DNA of 32,000 nt from Caldivirga maquilingensis IC-167 (GCF_000018305.1 NC_009954.1:900001-932000); one strand, 5' to 3'; numbered from the stretch's first letter, positions 1 through 8,905 are shown. A program made the numbers and translations. The notes: generated by a model not told the origin, from the sequence alone.

Positions 1-1
1 T

Positions 2-586
2 GTCGCAGTGGTGGGTTACCCTGCTCAAACACCCATGGTTGATGATAAGTGGTTCTCAAGCATTGGATCACCATTAGATGTAACTGCAGCGTGCCCGGTT
101 GGTGCAATAACCCCTAAGAGGGATCCATCAACAGGTAAGGCATATGGCATAGTAATTAGGCCTGAATTATGTATAGCCTGTGGTAGATGCCGTGATACTG
201 TGGATGCCATTGTTTACGATCCCAAGAAGACTGGGGTAATGGTGCTTGTGGGTGGTAAGGCATCTAATACTGGGCCTAATGGTCAATTAATGAGTAGGAT
301 AGTGGTCCCGTACATACCGAGTGAACCACCGAGGTGGCCGACCTTAGTTAAGGTTGTTAAGAGGATTGTGGATACTTGGGTTGTTAATGCCAATAAGGGT
401 GAGCGTATTGGGGACTGGATAAGCAGGATTGGTTGGGATAAGTTCTTTGAGTTAACCGGGCTTCCTGACGTTAGGAAGTACTTAAGGTTCTCGGAGAAGC
501 CTGGACCATTGTATCAACCCCTCTACAGGAGGAGGTTAACAGAGACCTACGCCTACCTATTCAGGGAGTACGCCAGTAAAATCTAA
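2..586 (+). CDS. dsrB: Dissimilatory sulfite reductase subunit, C-terminal ~195 aa (5' end outside window); most likely beta subunit DsrB
   Basis: Frame is open to the window edge. Ferredoxin-type insert ACPVGAI...CIACGRC (CxxCGxC, as in the DsrB CxxCGNCYT region) and VLVGGK. No further dsr subunit follows on this strand, which fits the usual dsrAB order. dsrC lies 0.7 kb away. Confidence 0.6.
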   Translation, partial: VAVVGYPAQTPMVDDKWFSSIGSPLDVTAACPVGAITPKRDPSTGKAYGIVIRPELCIACGRCRDTVDAIVYDPKKTGVMVLVGGKASNTGPNGQLMSRIVVPYIPSEPPRWPTLVKVVKRIVDTWVVNANKGERIGDWISRIGWDKFFELTGLPDVRKYLRFSEKPGPLYQPLYRRRLTETYAYLFREYASKI

Positions 587-1122
587 TTCCTCATAGTATT
601 CCCCTCTCCCTTATACATGTTGTAGAGCCTACACAGTATTCTCCTAGTCATACCCCATATAATCATGTCCCCTAGAATTATGGCCTTTCTGGCGTTACCC
701 TTAACCACAGTAACCTTGTCTGCGTTAGGTAATTCACTTAACTTAATCCACTTAAGGTACTCGAATTCACCACTAGCCGTGTTAACTACATCAACATTGC
801 AGTCAACCTTAAACACTATGGGTAAGACGTTAAGGTTAGGCATATTCCTTGGGTGCTCAACATTAAGTACAGTCACCACTCTACCTACCTTCCTTAAATC
901 TATCCCCGTCTCCTCCATGGTTTCCCTAATCGCAGTGTTAAGTAAATCCCCATCACTAGTCTCATAATGCCCACCAGGTAAGGCAGCGTCCCCGCTCCAT
1001 GGATCCCTTGGATTCATAACTCTCTTACCCACCAGTACCATGGCGTCTGGGCACTCCTTCAATATTACAGCAACCGCCGCCCATGCTTCCCCATTACTTG
1101 GCTTAAGTATGCTAGAGGCCAT
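583..1122 (-). CDS. Nudix hydrolase
   Basis: Nudix box GGHYETSDGDLLNTAIRETMEETG fits GX5EX7REUXEEXGU. 179-aa ORF. 4-nt convergent overlap with the dsrB stop. Confidence 0.85.
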   Translation of the reverse strand: MASSILKPSNGEAWAAVAVILKECPDAMVLVGKRVMNPRDPWSGDAALPGGHYETSDGDLLNTAIRETMEETGIDLRKVGRVVTVLNVEHPRNMPNLNVLPIVFKVDCNVDVVNTASGEFEYLKWIKLSELPNADKVTVVKGNARKAIILGDMIIWGMTRRILCRLYNMYKGEGNTMRN

Positions 1123-1289
1123 AATTTATGCTTTGACCTAAGCACTCATTTAAACACTTTACCGTGACTTACTGGGGCTAGTGTGGATTATAGGTTAGTT
1201 ATAAAATAAATCTAGGGTTTTAAGCCTTTCACCAAGGACCTTCGGTATAGAAGTTTCCTTTAAGGCAGGTAAATAATGTCACTTTGATT

Positions 1290-1634
1290 TTACACGCAAC
1301 CAGTGGGTTTGGGTGCACCAGCAACCCTACAAGCTCCCTTAGCTGGCCCATTTGGGAATAATTGATATATCCTCTGAAGCGGTATTCCCGTTTCCTTAAC
1401 GAGCATCCTTATTGGTGGGCACATGCCGAATCTCTCCCAGTATTGTCTTAAGTACTTAACAACCTTCCAATGCTCATCCTTCATAACGCCCATTTGCCCA
1501 GTATCTGGGTCACGGCACTCCTCCCTGCATAGTATTTTAGCCACTTCCTCATTCCATGTTGATGGATCCTTTAGGAAACCATCCTCATCTAGCTCAATCT
1601 TCCTTCCGCCTACCTCCATGTACTTGAGGGACAT
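1290..1634 (-). CDS. dsrC: DsrC (TusE/DsrC family sulfur carrier, co-substrate of DsrAB)
   Basis: 114 aa. C-terminal arm KGACRVAGAPKPTGCV carries the two conserved Cys (CX10C, second Cys penultimate). Confidence 0.9.
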   Translation of the reverse strand: MSLKYMEVGGRKIELDEDGFLKDPSTWNEEVAKILCREECRDPDTGQMGVMKDEHWKVVKYLRQYWERFGMCPPIRMLVKETGIPLQRIYQLFPNGPAKGACRVAGAPKPTGCV

Positions 1635-1804
1635 GAGTGTTTCAGTATGGTTAATAATTAATCCTTAACTATTGTGAAGCCTTATGTGGCCTTTTATGAG
1701 GGTTTCTTTTTTAAACTTGAGTGCTTATAAATACTTAAAATATCACTTAGAATGGGGAAATTAACGTGAATAATCTTTAAGGCAAGTAATGTAGTACTAA
1801 GCTT

Positions 1805-2335
1805 ATGGGTAGCGTGAATGTAACTGATGATTATAGGGAGGAATTGAATGAAGTAGCCGCATTATGGGGTAGGGTAGTACCCTACTTAGATGAGCAGGAG
1901 TCAAGCATCCTAAAGGCTGTAGTGGAGAATAACGGTATAACACTCTACAGGTTATCAAGGGTAACTGGGTTAGCCTTCAGTACTGTTTTTAAGAAAACCA
2001 GGAAGTTAAGTAGTAAAGGTGTAATAACCATATCTAAGAATGGTAAGTGCAATAGCTACAGCGCCACTGTACTGGGGCTTATAATATGCCTAGCCAAGTC
2101 CTGTCTAGATAAGGAGTATGTTGCATTTAAGCTACTTAGAATAATGAGCGACTTAGGTATAAGTAACATAAATGAATTACTTAAGATACTTAAGGTAGCG
2201 GGATCCTCAGTATCCGCTAAGGAAGTAACTAATATTAGGAATCCAAGTGATTTACTCTACATGGTGTTGAAAGGTACTGCTAACATTGATAGATCAATAA
2301 TAAGCCTAATAAGGTACCAGTTAATGTCCTCCTAA
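1805..2335 (+). CDS. Putative winged-helix DNA-binding protein
   Basis: 176 aa. The segment ESSILKAVVENNGITLYRLSRVTGLAFSTVFKKTRKLSSKGVI looks like a MarR/TrmB-type wHTH. No other motif recognised. Confidence 0.45.
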   Translation: MGSVNVTDDYREELNEVAALWGRVVPYLDEQESSILKAVVENNGITLYRLSRVTGLAFSTVFKKTRKLSSKGVITISKNGKCNSYSATVLGLIICLAKSCLDKEYVAFKLLRIMSDLGISNINELLKILKVAGSSVSAKEVTNIRNPSDLLYMVLKGTANIDRSIISLIRYQLMSS

Positions 2336-2556
2336 TTATCTCATAGCCTAAAAGCCTAAATCAACCACCTAGGGATTCTACCACATGGCCTACTCCTTAA
2401 GGGTTATGTTTAGTAAGATTAATTAGGAGGGTGTTTTCAGGATTAGTTGGCTGTGATAGTGTCCTGGGGTATCTGATGATTGATGAGTGACATGCCGAAT
2501 GAGCCGCTTAAATTAATCTATAATTGAGATTGTGTAGAATATGCATACCTCATGAT

Positions 2557-2567
2557 CCTATAAATAA
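2557..2567 (+). promoter_or_regulatory. TATA-like box for the tusA-like gene (leaderless spacing)
   Basis: cctataaataa is centred ~29 nt upstream of the ATG at 2591. Confidence 0.45.
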
Positions 2568-2590
2568 GGATGCATTAACCAGTAAGCGGT

Positions 2591-2875
2591 ATGAGTACAG
2601 TGTTAAGTGGTAAGTTAAGTAAAGTTAATGATAAGTATGTGGTGGATTTAAGGGGTTTAATCTGCCCATACCCTCAACTCTACACCGCGAAGGTTATCAA
2701 GTCCGTGGAAGATGGTGCGGTGATTGATATTTTAGTGGATTACCCCGCATCTTGTCAAACAATACCATTAGTTGCAGGTAAACTGAACTGCAGCGTCCTG
2801 GATATAATGCAGGTTAATGAATACTGGGTTATAAGGCTTAGAAAAAACAATGAATCAACTAAACCTTCACTTTAA
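2591..2875 (+). CDS. tusA: TusA/SirA-family sulfurtransferase-like protein
   Basis: 94 aa. DLRGLICPYPQLYTAK contains the CPxP active-site motif of TusA-like proteins. Confidence 0.8.
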   Translation: MSTVLSGKLSKVNDKYVVDLRGLICPYPQLYTAKVIKSVEDGAVIDILVDYPASCQTIPLVAGKLNCSVLDIMQVNEYWVIRLRKNNESTKPSL

Positions 2876-3232
2876 GCTATTAAACTTTAAACCTTCACTT
2901 ATTCATGTTAACTTACTTTAATTAACCTACATTTATGGTTATTCACCGGCGGTACAGTTATCATGCATTATTGATTACCTTAAATTATTCATTAAACTGA
3001 GTCCCAGTATTATATTTAAGTAATGTAATTAAAGTGAATGGTATTAAATCCATTCGTAAGAGTACCATCATAGTGAAGAATGAAGCCTTAGCAGGAAGTA
3101 AAGGTGAGGCATTAAACCAAAGTGCTTCACAAGTTAAGGTAAGTATACGTTATTGCAGGTTAGGTTTATGTAAGGTCTTGCTTTGGGTGATTTAGGGATT
3201 AATTTAATAAATGATTCACCTATGGGTGATTA

Positions 3233-4333
3233 ATGGATCGAGGCTTCATCATTGCATGGAGTGTAACATTCCTGCAATTAACCGTGAGGTTAGGTTGGGG
3301 GGTTGTTAGTGTGGCTGTGGCTGAGTTACTGAGGCTTAGCTCTGTGCAGATTGGGCTCGTCCTAACTCTGTTTTACATTGGTTACGTAGTCTCCTCAATA
3401 CCCTGGGGAGTATTCATTGATAAGGTTGGGCCAGGTAAGTCAATACTTATTTCAGGAACTTTTTCCAGTATCGTGATCCTAGCGCTTTTCCTAGCAGGTA
3501 ACTTCACGCAAATCCTACTCCTTTACCTAGCGGCTGGTTTCCTAACCGCTGGTTTATTCCCATCGGCAATGAAGATAGCCAGTTACTCAACCCAGGAGAG
3601 AGTGCATGGTAGGGTTGCATTACTGGAGAGTGCGGCGCCAATAGCCTTGATTGCACTAAGCGTAGCCTCTCCATTAATAATCACCCACTGGAGGATCTTT
3701 TACCTAGTAGTATTCTTTGCATTGCTTATAGCGTCATTATCCTCAATAGGCCTCAAGGTAAGTGGCAGCAAAGACGCAAGACCTAGGAAAGTACTAATGA
3801 ACCTAAGGGTAGCGAAGGCTGTGGTGATAAGGGCAGGGGAATTATGGGGAACATGGGGAACATCTAGTTGGCTCCTGCCATTCCTGATTCTATACAATGG
3901 AATTAATGGAATGTTATCAGAATTATTCTTCTTCACCTACTCCCTTGGGCAATTAGTCTCCATATTCCTAGCATCAGTATTGCCTAAATTAATCGGTGAG
4001 AGGAGGGTAATCGAGATCTCACTAATAGCCTTCATAATCTGCGACTTACTGGCAGTGACCCTAATTAAGGTTACGCTACTCTTCTTCCCCATCTTCCTGG
4101 TGTTGGGTATAAGCTCATTCCTCTATAGGCCACCAACTGATGTACTGATAATAAGGATCATGGGTAATGAAAACGCTGGTACATCCACAGGTTACGCAAA
4201 TGCAGTGTCTCAAGTTGGCTCCATGGTGGCTCCAATATTCGTGGGTATTGCAATAAGCGTACGCCCAGTATTCGGTATCCTAAGCCTGGCATTGGGACCT
4301 CTAGTATCATTAATAATCCTTTACATGCTTTAA
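3233..4333 (+). CDS. Major facilitator superfamily transporter
   Basis: 366 aa with roughly 10-12 hydrophobic helices. Loop GVFIDKVGPGKS resembles the MFS signature G-x3-D-[RK]-x-G-x-[RK]. Confidence 0.7.
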   Translation: MDRGFIIAWSVTFLQLTVRLGWGVVSVAVAELLRLSSVQIGLVLTLFYIGYVVSSIPWGVFIDKVGPGKSILISGTFSSIVILALFLAGNFTQILLLYLAAGFLTAGLFPSAMKIASYSTQERVHGRVALLESAAPIALIALSVASPLIITHWRIFYLVVFFALLIASLSSIGLKVSGSKDARPRKVLMNLRVAKAVVIRAGELWGTWGTSSWLLPFLILYNGINGMLSELFFFTYSLGQLVSIFLASVLPKLIGERRVIEISLIAFIICDLLAVTLIKVTLLFFPIFLVLGISSFLYRPPTDVLIIRIMGNENAGTSTGYANAVSQVGSMVAPIFVGIAISVRPVFGILSLALGPLVSLIILYML

Positions 4334-4422
4334 TGGGTATTAACTATTTACGATCTAGTAATCACCTAGGTCATTGCACATACCCTAAGCGTTAACCTTA
4401 CTCTACTCCCAGAGATTATTCG

Positions 4423-4465
4423 GTTAACCCGAAAGGTTTATAAATCAATTAGGGTAACCCGAAAG
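4423..4465 (+). promoter_or_regulatory. Promoter with two copies of taacccgaaag flanking a TATA box (candidate operator)
   Basis: gttaacccgaaag (4423-4435) and ggtaacccgaaag (4453-4465) lie 30 bp apart on either side of tttataaat (4437-4445). The ATG is at 4468. The first copy sits inside the imperfect palindrome ttcggttaacccgaa. Confidence 0.4.
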
Positions 4466-4467
4466 AT

Positions 4468-5385
4468 ATGAATATACTCCAACTACTCTTAAACCCACCA
4501 ACTGGATTAGGGTTATCGGAAATACTGTTCATCAGTCTCCTACTGGGTATGATGCATGGTGCAACCCCAGATGAGCATACTTGGCCAATAACCTTCAGTT
4601 ACGCAATAGGGAAGTATAGCACTAAGGGTGGTATGGCGGCTGGCTTCCTATTCTCCCTAGGCTTCACTATACAGAGGGCTTTACTGACGACACTGGGTTA
4701 CATTGGATTAGCCTACTTTTACCAGAGGTATAACCTAGATGGCCCAGTCTACATAATTGTTGGCTTAGTGATGGCTATTGCCGGCTCATATATACTAAAG
4801 GGCAGGTACCTGCACCTACCCATTGATGTAGCGCTTGGTGGTAGGGCGCATCATACTAATAAGGCTAGTAGGTTACCGCTGCATGAGGTTCATGAAAGGG
4901 ATATACCATTAAAGATGACTATAGTTCATGGTTTAATAGCAGGCTTTGGTTTTGGGGCTTATGCAAGCATAATCACATTCATACTAGCTCCCCAGGTTCC
5001 TGGGTTAATATACGCCCCATTACCTGGAGTAATGTTTGGTGTTGGAACAATGATCATGCAGATTATATTCGGTGCAGTGTTCGGTAATATTCTTAGGGTT
5101 AAGAAGTTTAATGAGGATGAGATTAAGATTATTGGCAGGAGGGCTGCCGGCAGGGTGCTTTACTATGGTGGGTGGGTTTTCGTGCTTGCTGGCTTACTAA
5201 TAATGCTATTTCCATCAATAGACTCATGGGCAATATCCACCGGCTTACCAATACCCAACTTGGATGCCGTGGGTATTGGCTTCCTACTGGTGGTTGTGGT
5301 TGTTGGTGCATTAGGCGTATACAGTATAATTAGGGGTTACCAGGAGGCTGTGGTAATTAGGAACCAGAGGTTGAGTTCTGCTTAG
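4468..5385 (+). CDS. Polytopic membrane protein, possibly a NicO/RcnA-like metal (Ni/Co) transporter
   Basis: 305 aa with about 6-8 TM helices. First helix motif MHGATPDEH resembles the RcnA/NicO H-x-x-x-P-G/D-H type motif. Central His-rich loop GGRAHHTNKASRLPLHEVHERD. The functional assignment is from memory only. Confidence 0.4.
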   Translation: MNILQLLLNPPTGLGLSEILFISLLLGMMHGATPDEHTWPITFSYAIGKYSTKGGMAAGFLFSLGFTIQRALLTTLGYIGLAYFYQRYNLDGPVYIIVGLVMAIAGSYILKGRYLHLPIDVALGGRAHHTNKASRLPLHEVHERDIPLKMTIVHGLIAGFGFGAYASIITFILAPQVPGLIYAPLPGVMFGVGTMIMQIIFGAVFGNILRVKKFNEDEIKIIGRRAAGRVLYYGGWVFVLAGLLIMLFPSIDSWAISTGLPIPNLDAVGIGFLLVVVVVGALGVYSIIRGYQEAVVIRNQRLSSA

Positions 5386-5812
5386 GATTAATTAAATTAA
5401 TTAAGTCACTTAACGTGCTTTCACTAAGGCTATGTATTATCATTATTGGCACTTCATCCAGGTAAATTATGATTAAATGACCATTAATATTCATTCTACT
5501 CATTGACGTCATCAGTGAATTTAATGACTCACTTAACGTTACGTAGTAGTGCCTTAATTGATTTAATGACTCATAATCAACATTACCCATAATCCCTATG
5601 TAAAGCAACCTATATAACTCCCTCCCCTTCTGGTCGAGAACATTGTACGATTTAATGGTTAATACACCTTGACTAATGGTTCTTGCCTCATTAGACTTAA
5701 TGTACTCTATGGTTGTATTTATTTTAGTAATCATATTGGCTGCATCATCAGCAATCTCCTTAAGCCTATTTATCGCCTCATCCTGACTCTTATAATACTC
5801 TACCCTTAGCAT
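5357..5812 (-). CDS. Hypothetical protein
   Basis: 151-aa ORF with no recognised motif. 29-nt convergent overlap with the preceding gene. Confidence 0.45.
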   Translation of the reverse strand: MLRVEYYKSQDEAINRLKEIADDAANMITKINTTIEYIKSNEARTISQGVLTIKSYNVLDQKGRELYRLLYIGIMGNVDYESLNQLRHYYVTLSESLNSLMTSMSRMNINGHLIIIYLDEVPIMIIHSLSESTLSDLINLINPKQNSTSGS

Positions 5813-5849
5813 TTAACCAGAGACTTAACTCAACTGGGGGTTTAAATTT

Positions 5850-5897
5850 TCAGCCACTGACCCTAAGATCATCAATCTCCCGCTGAAGCCTCATCAC
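5850..5897 (-). ncRNA. Candidate C/D box sRNA (weak)
   Basis: Minus-strand read: GTGATGA(C)-ggcttcagcgggagat-TGATGA(C')-tcttagggtcagtgg-CTGA(D). Located in a 344-bp intergenic gap. D' is poor (GAGA) and the 15-nt D spacer is atypical. Confidence 0.25.
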
Positions 5898-6156
5898 TTA
5901 TTAAAGCCGCTTACTGGCGTTTTTAAATTCATTACGAGCCAATCACTGAAATTGTTACCTATCTATGGTTTATGGGAGTGTGGTAAGGCTAGGGGTTATT
6001 GCTTTTCATGAGTGTTGGGGCTTTCATGTAATGTTTAAGAGGCTTCACGGTAATGTTCATTACGGATTTATGGATTAGGAGACTATGGGATTATGGTTAA
6101 ACAATGAAAAGCATTGACCAGATATATGGCAGCAACCTGAATTAAGCATCGTTCAC

Positions 6157-6495
6157 TTAAGCTGTGGCAAACCCAAGTTCCTTAAGCACTCTGCTTGAGG
6201 CCTCATTGATAATCCTATCTCTATTATTTCTAATAAACTCAATTACACTTCTATGTTTATGCACATACTCATCCACCTCCTTTTTTACACTTAACTCTGC
6301 ATTCAACTTATACTCATTAACTAATTTACTAATCTCATCATTAAGAGTTTTACGTAAATCATCCTCAACTTGCCTTAAGTATGAGTCAAGCTCACTCTTC
6401 ACCTGTTCCCTAACCTTCTCAACATCGGATATTGCCTCATCCAGCTTCCTCATTATTTCATAAAACTTAGTTAAATTACTGGAACCACTGGACAT
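6157..6495 (-). CDS. Hypothetical coiled-coil protein
   Basis: 112 aa, charged heptad-rich sequence throughout. Divergent from the DUF460 gene. Confidence 0.5.
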   Translation of the reverse strand: MSSGSSNLTKFYEIMRKLDEAISDVEKVREQVKSELDSYLRQVEDDLRKTLNDEISKLVNEYKLNAELSVKKEVDEYVHKHRSVIEFIRNNRDRIINEASSRVLKELGFATA

Positions 6496-6658
6496 GTTTT
6501 GCGGTTCCCCTTAAGGAATATATAAGCATTCCTCATTATTACCCACCCCTAAGTGATTATGGGAAACGAAATATGTGTGTTAACTAGGATCATGCCCAGT
6601 GGCTTACTATGAGTTAGCCTAAGAATAAAGAATTAATACCCCTTTTCAGTGCTTCAAC

Positions 6659-8578
6659 GTGTCCTCTAGAGTACTGGGTATTGATATTAGGCCTGGTGGT
6701 AACTTCTCCTACATAGTTATGAATAGTGATGGAGCTATTACTGCTGATGGTGTAGCTAACCCAGATGAGTTAATTAGGGTTATTAAGAGGTATAAGCCAT
6801 CCCTAGTTGCTGTTGATAATATTAGGGAGATTTTAGAGTTAGGTGGCCGTTTCCTGAAGAGGATGAGTAAATTACCCAGTGTTCCTCAGGTAATTCAAGT
6901 CACCAGATTACCTGATGGTTCCGAGGTTAAGATGGAGGATTTAGTTAGGAAGTACCTTGGGATTAACGTTGGCTTATTAACACCAGAGGAGACCGCGAAA
7001 TACACTGCTGAGCTTGCCTTAAGGGGTATTGGCTCCACGGTTAAGCTTTTCGAGAATGAAACCAAGATAATTGTTAAGGCATTAATATCAACAAGACAGG
7101 GCGGGCAGAGTAGGAGGAGGTTTGAGAGGAATATTGCAATTAGGGTTAGGCAAATTGTTAAGAATATTACTGAATCCCTCAATAAGGCTAACCTGGATTA
7201 CGACGTGTTTTACCACAGGGATAGTGAGGGTGTTAGGTCAGCGTTAATAATTGTGTATGCTGATAAATCCATTGTTAGAAGATTCGTGAAGCCCATTAAA
7301 TCAATGGATGTTAAGGTGACTTTGGAGCAGATAATAAGCAGTAGCATTAAGTTCCTCTCACCGAATTCAAGTTACGTTGAGGCTTCCCCAAAGTCTAAGA
7401 CTAGGCTAATAGTGGGTGTTGATCCAGGTATAGTAACTGGCTTAGCCTTAATGAGCCTTGACGGTAAAGTGCTTGCCCTATTCAGTGGTAGGAACATGAG
7501 TAGGAGGAGGGTGTTAAGCCTAGTCTACGAGTACGGTACACCAATAGTAGTTGCTACAGATGTCTCGAAGCCCTCTGATTACGTTAAGAAGCTCTCATCA
7601 ATGATAGGTGCAGTTCTATATCACCCTGAGAGGGATATGCAGATTGTTGAGAAGGCTAATATTGCGCTTAAACTATCCGAGAAGGATAATGTAAAGGTGA
7701 AGACACCGCATGAGAGAGATGCCTTAGCTGCAGCCTATAAGGCATTCATTAATTATGTTGATAAGTTCAATAAGATTGATGAAATATTGAATGAATTACC
7801 AATACAGGTTAACTCAGACGAGGTTAAGGAGCTTGTGGTTAAGGGATTACCAATAAGGGATGCGTTATCTAGAGTACTCAGTAGGAGCATTAACCAGGAG
7901 TGTAAGACTGAGGTTATTGTTAGGAATCAGCAGCAGGAGTGTAAATGCGCGGATGAGGTTAAGGAGCTTAAGGACTACGTTAAGCTACTGGAGGAGAAGA
8001 TTAGTAGGCTTGAGGATGAGAACATTAGGCTTAAGGATGAAGTCAACAGGCTCTATACCCTTAAATACAGTCCACCTGACCAATCCCTTGCATCAAAGGT
8101 TAGGCTACTGGAAAGTAGAATTGAGCTTGAAACTAAGAGAATTAAGGAGCTTAACGATATTTTAAACAATGTGAAGTCCATTATTGCTGAAGCATTATTC
8201 AACAATAATTACGCCTTCGCGGTGAGGGTTAATAATACCGGTGAGTTAAACCAAGTAATCAGTAGGGGTTACTTACCCATAATGAGATTCCAGGACATAG
8301 CATCATTGGTGGATTTAAGTAAGGGATGGTCAGGCATAGTGATAACAATGGATGAAGCTGGTTCAAGGGCCATTAGGCAATTATTTAAAATGGGTATAAC
8401 AGCAGTACCATTACCTAAGGTACTAGCCCTGGATGTAAACGATAATATTAAGGTAATTGACATGAATAAGTTAAGTGAATACGTAAATGAGTTAAAGAGT
8501 GTGCTGAGTGAGGTGGATTACGATACACTTGAGAATTTAATTAACGAGTATAAGATCGGAAGAAAAAGGATTCAGTAA
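6659..8578 (+). CDS. DUF460/COG2433-type protein: two RuvC/RNase-H-like domains plus a central coiled coil (function unknown)
   Basis: 639 aa with a GTG start. VLGIDIRPGG...LVAVDNI occurs at the N-terminus. A second module reads IVGVDPGIVTGLAL...VVATDV...PHERDALAAAYKA (RuvC-like D/E/D/HxxDA pattern). Heptad region ~aa 430-510. Confidence 0.7.
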   Translation: MSSRVLGIDIRPGGNFSYIVMNSDGAITADGVANPDELIRVIKRYKPSLVAVDNIREILELGGRFLKRMSKLPSVPQVIQVTRLPDGSEVKMEDLVRKYLGINVGLLTPEETAKYTAELALRGIGSTVKLFENETKIIVKALISTRQGGQSRRRFERNIAIRVRQIVKNITESLNKANLDYDVFYHRDSEGVRSALIIVYADKSIVRRFVKPIKSMDVKVTLEQIISSSIKFLSPNSSYVEASPKSKTRLIVGVDPGIVTGLALMSLDGKVLALFSGRNMSRRRVLSLVYEYGTPIVVATDVSKPSDYVKKLSSMIGAVLYHPERDMQIVEKANIALKLSEKDNVKVKTPHERDALAAAYKAFINYVDKFNKIDEILNELPIQVNSDEVKELVVKGLPIRDALSRVLSRSINQECKTEVIVRNQQQECKCADEVKELKDYVKLLEEKISRLEDENIRLKDEVNRLYTLKYSPPDQSLASKVRLLESRIELETKRIKELNDILNNVKSIIAEALFNNNYAFAVRVNNTGELNQVISRGYLPIMRFQDIASLVDLSKGWSGIVITMDEAGSRAIRQLFKMGITAVPLPKVLALDVNDNIKVIDMNKLSEYVNELKSVLSEVDYDTLENLINEYKIGRKRIQ

Positions 8579-8905
8579 ACCCTACTAATTCTCTATGATG
8601 AACCATCAGTAGCATGGGTAAGTAATGCGATGGCATTCAGTTTACTGAATAAGGCATGTTCTTTAGCCTGTATCCTAAGGGCCTGGTATAGGAAGAATTC
8701 AGTCTTCATGATGATAATATTTATCTTAGATTATTAGTCACTCAGCCTTAGGTTCCAAGACTTACTTTCCTTATCCGCAGGGTGGTGATTTTGAGTTGAC
8801 TATGATCAGTGAGGGCTTACTTAAGTGAAGCCAGTGGGCGATTAAGTTAATGCCAAAGGATTTACGCGAAAAGGAAGAAGCATGCGTTAAGTTTAGCTAA
8901 TCAAG

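Noticed and set aside
2470-2530. ctgatgattgatgagtga upstream of the tusA-like gene as a C/D box sRNA
   Set aside because: No CTGA D box lies at 40-50 nt downstream on the plus strand, and there is no C box on the minus strand.
5357-5812. Roadblock/LC7 (MglB-like) fold for the 151-aa hypothetical protein
   Set aside because: Only a vague alpha-beta-beta-alpha-beta-beta pattern was read by eye. No motif and no neighbouring small GTPase support it.
6157-6495. Possibility that the 112-aa coiled-coil protein (or the HTH_10 protein at 18100-18771) is an arcadin
   Set aside because: I cannot recall the arcadin sequences well enough to match them. The coiled-coil gene is 10 kb from crenactin, and the 223-aa protein has a clear HTH_10 domain. 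There is no positive evidence.
8595-8648. Second C/D box sRNA candidate on the plus strand (ATGATGA ... 43 nt ... CTGA)
   Set aside because: The internal D' and C' boxes are essentially absent (best atgg and tgcgatg). C and D boxes alone at this spacing are expected by chance in AT-rich spacers.
8593-8709. 38-codon minus-strand ORF (MKTEFFLYQALRIQAKEHALFSKLNAIALLTHATDGSS) in the 327-bp spacer after the DUF460 gene
   Set aside because: No TATA box at the proper distance, no recognisable motif, and the length is compatible with chance in AT-rich DNA.
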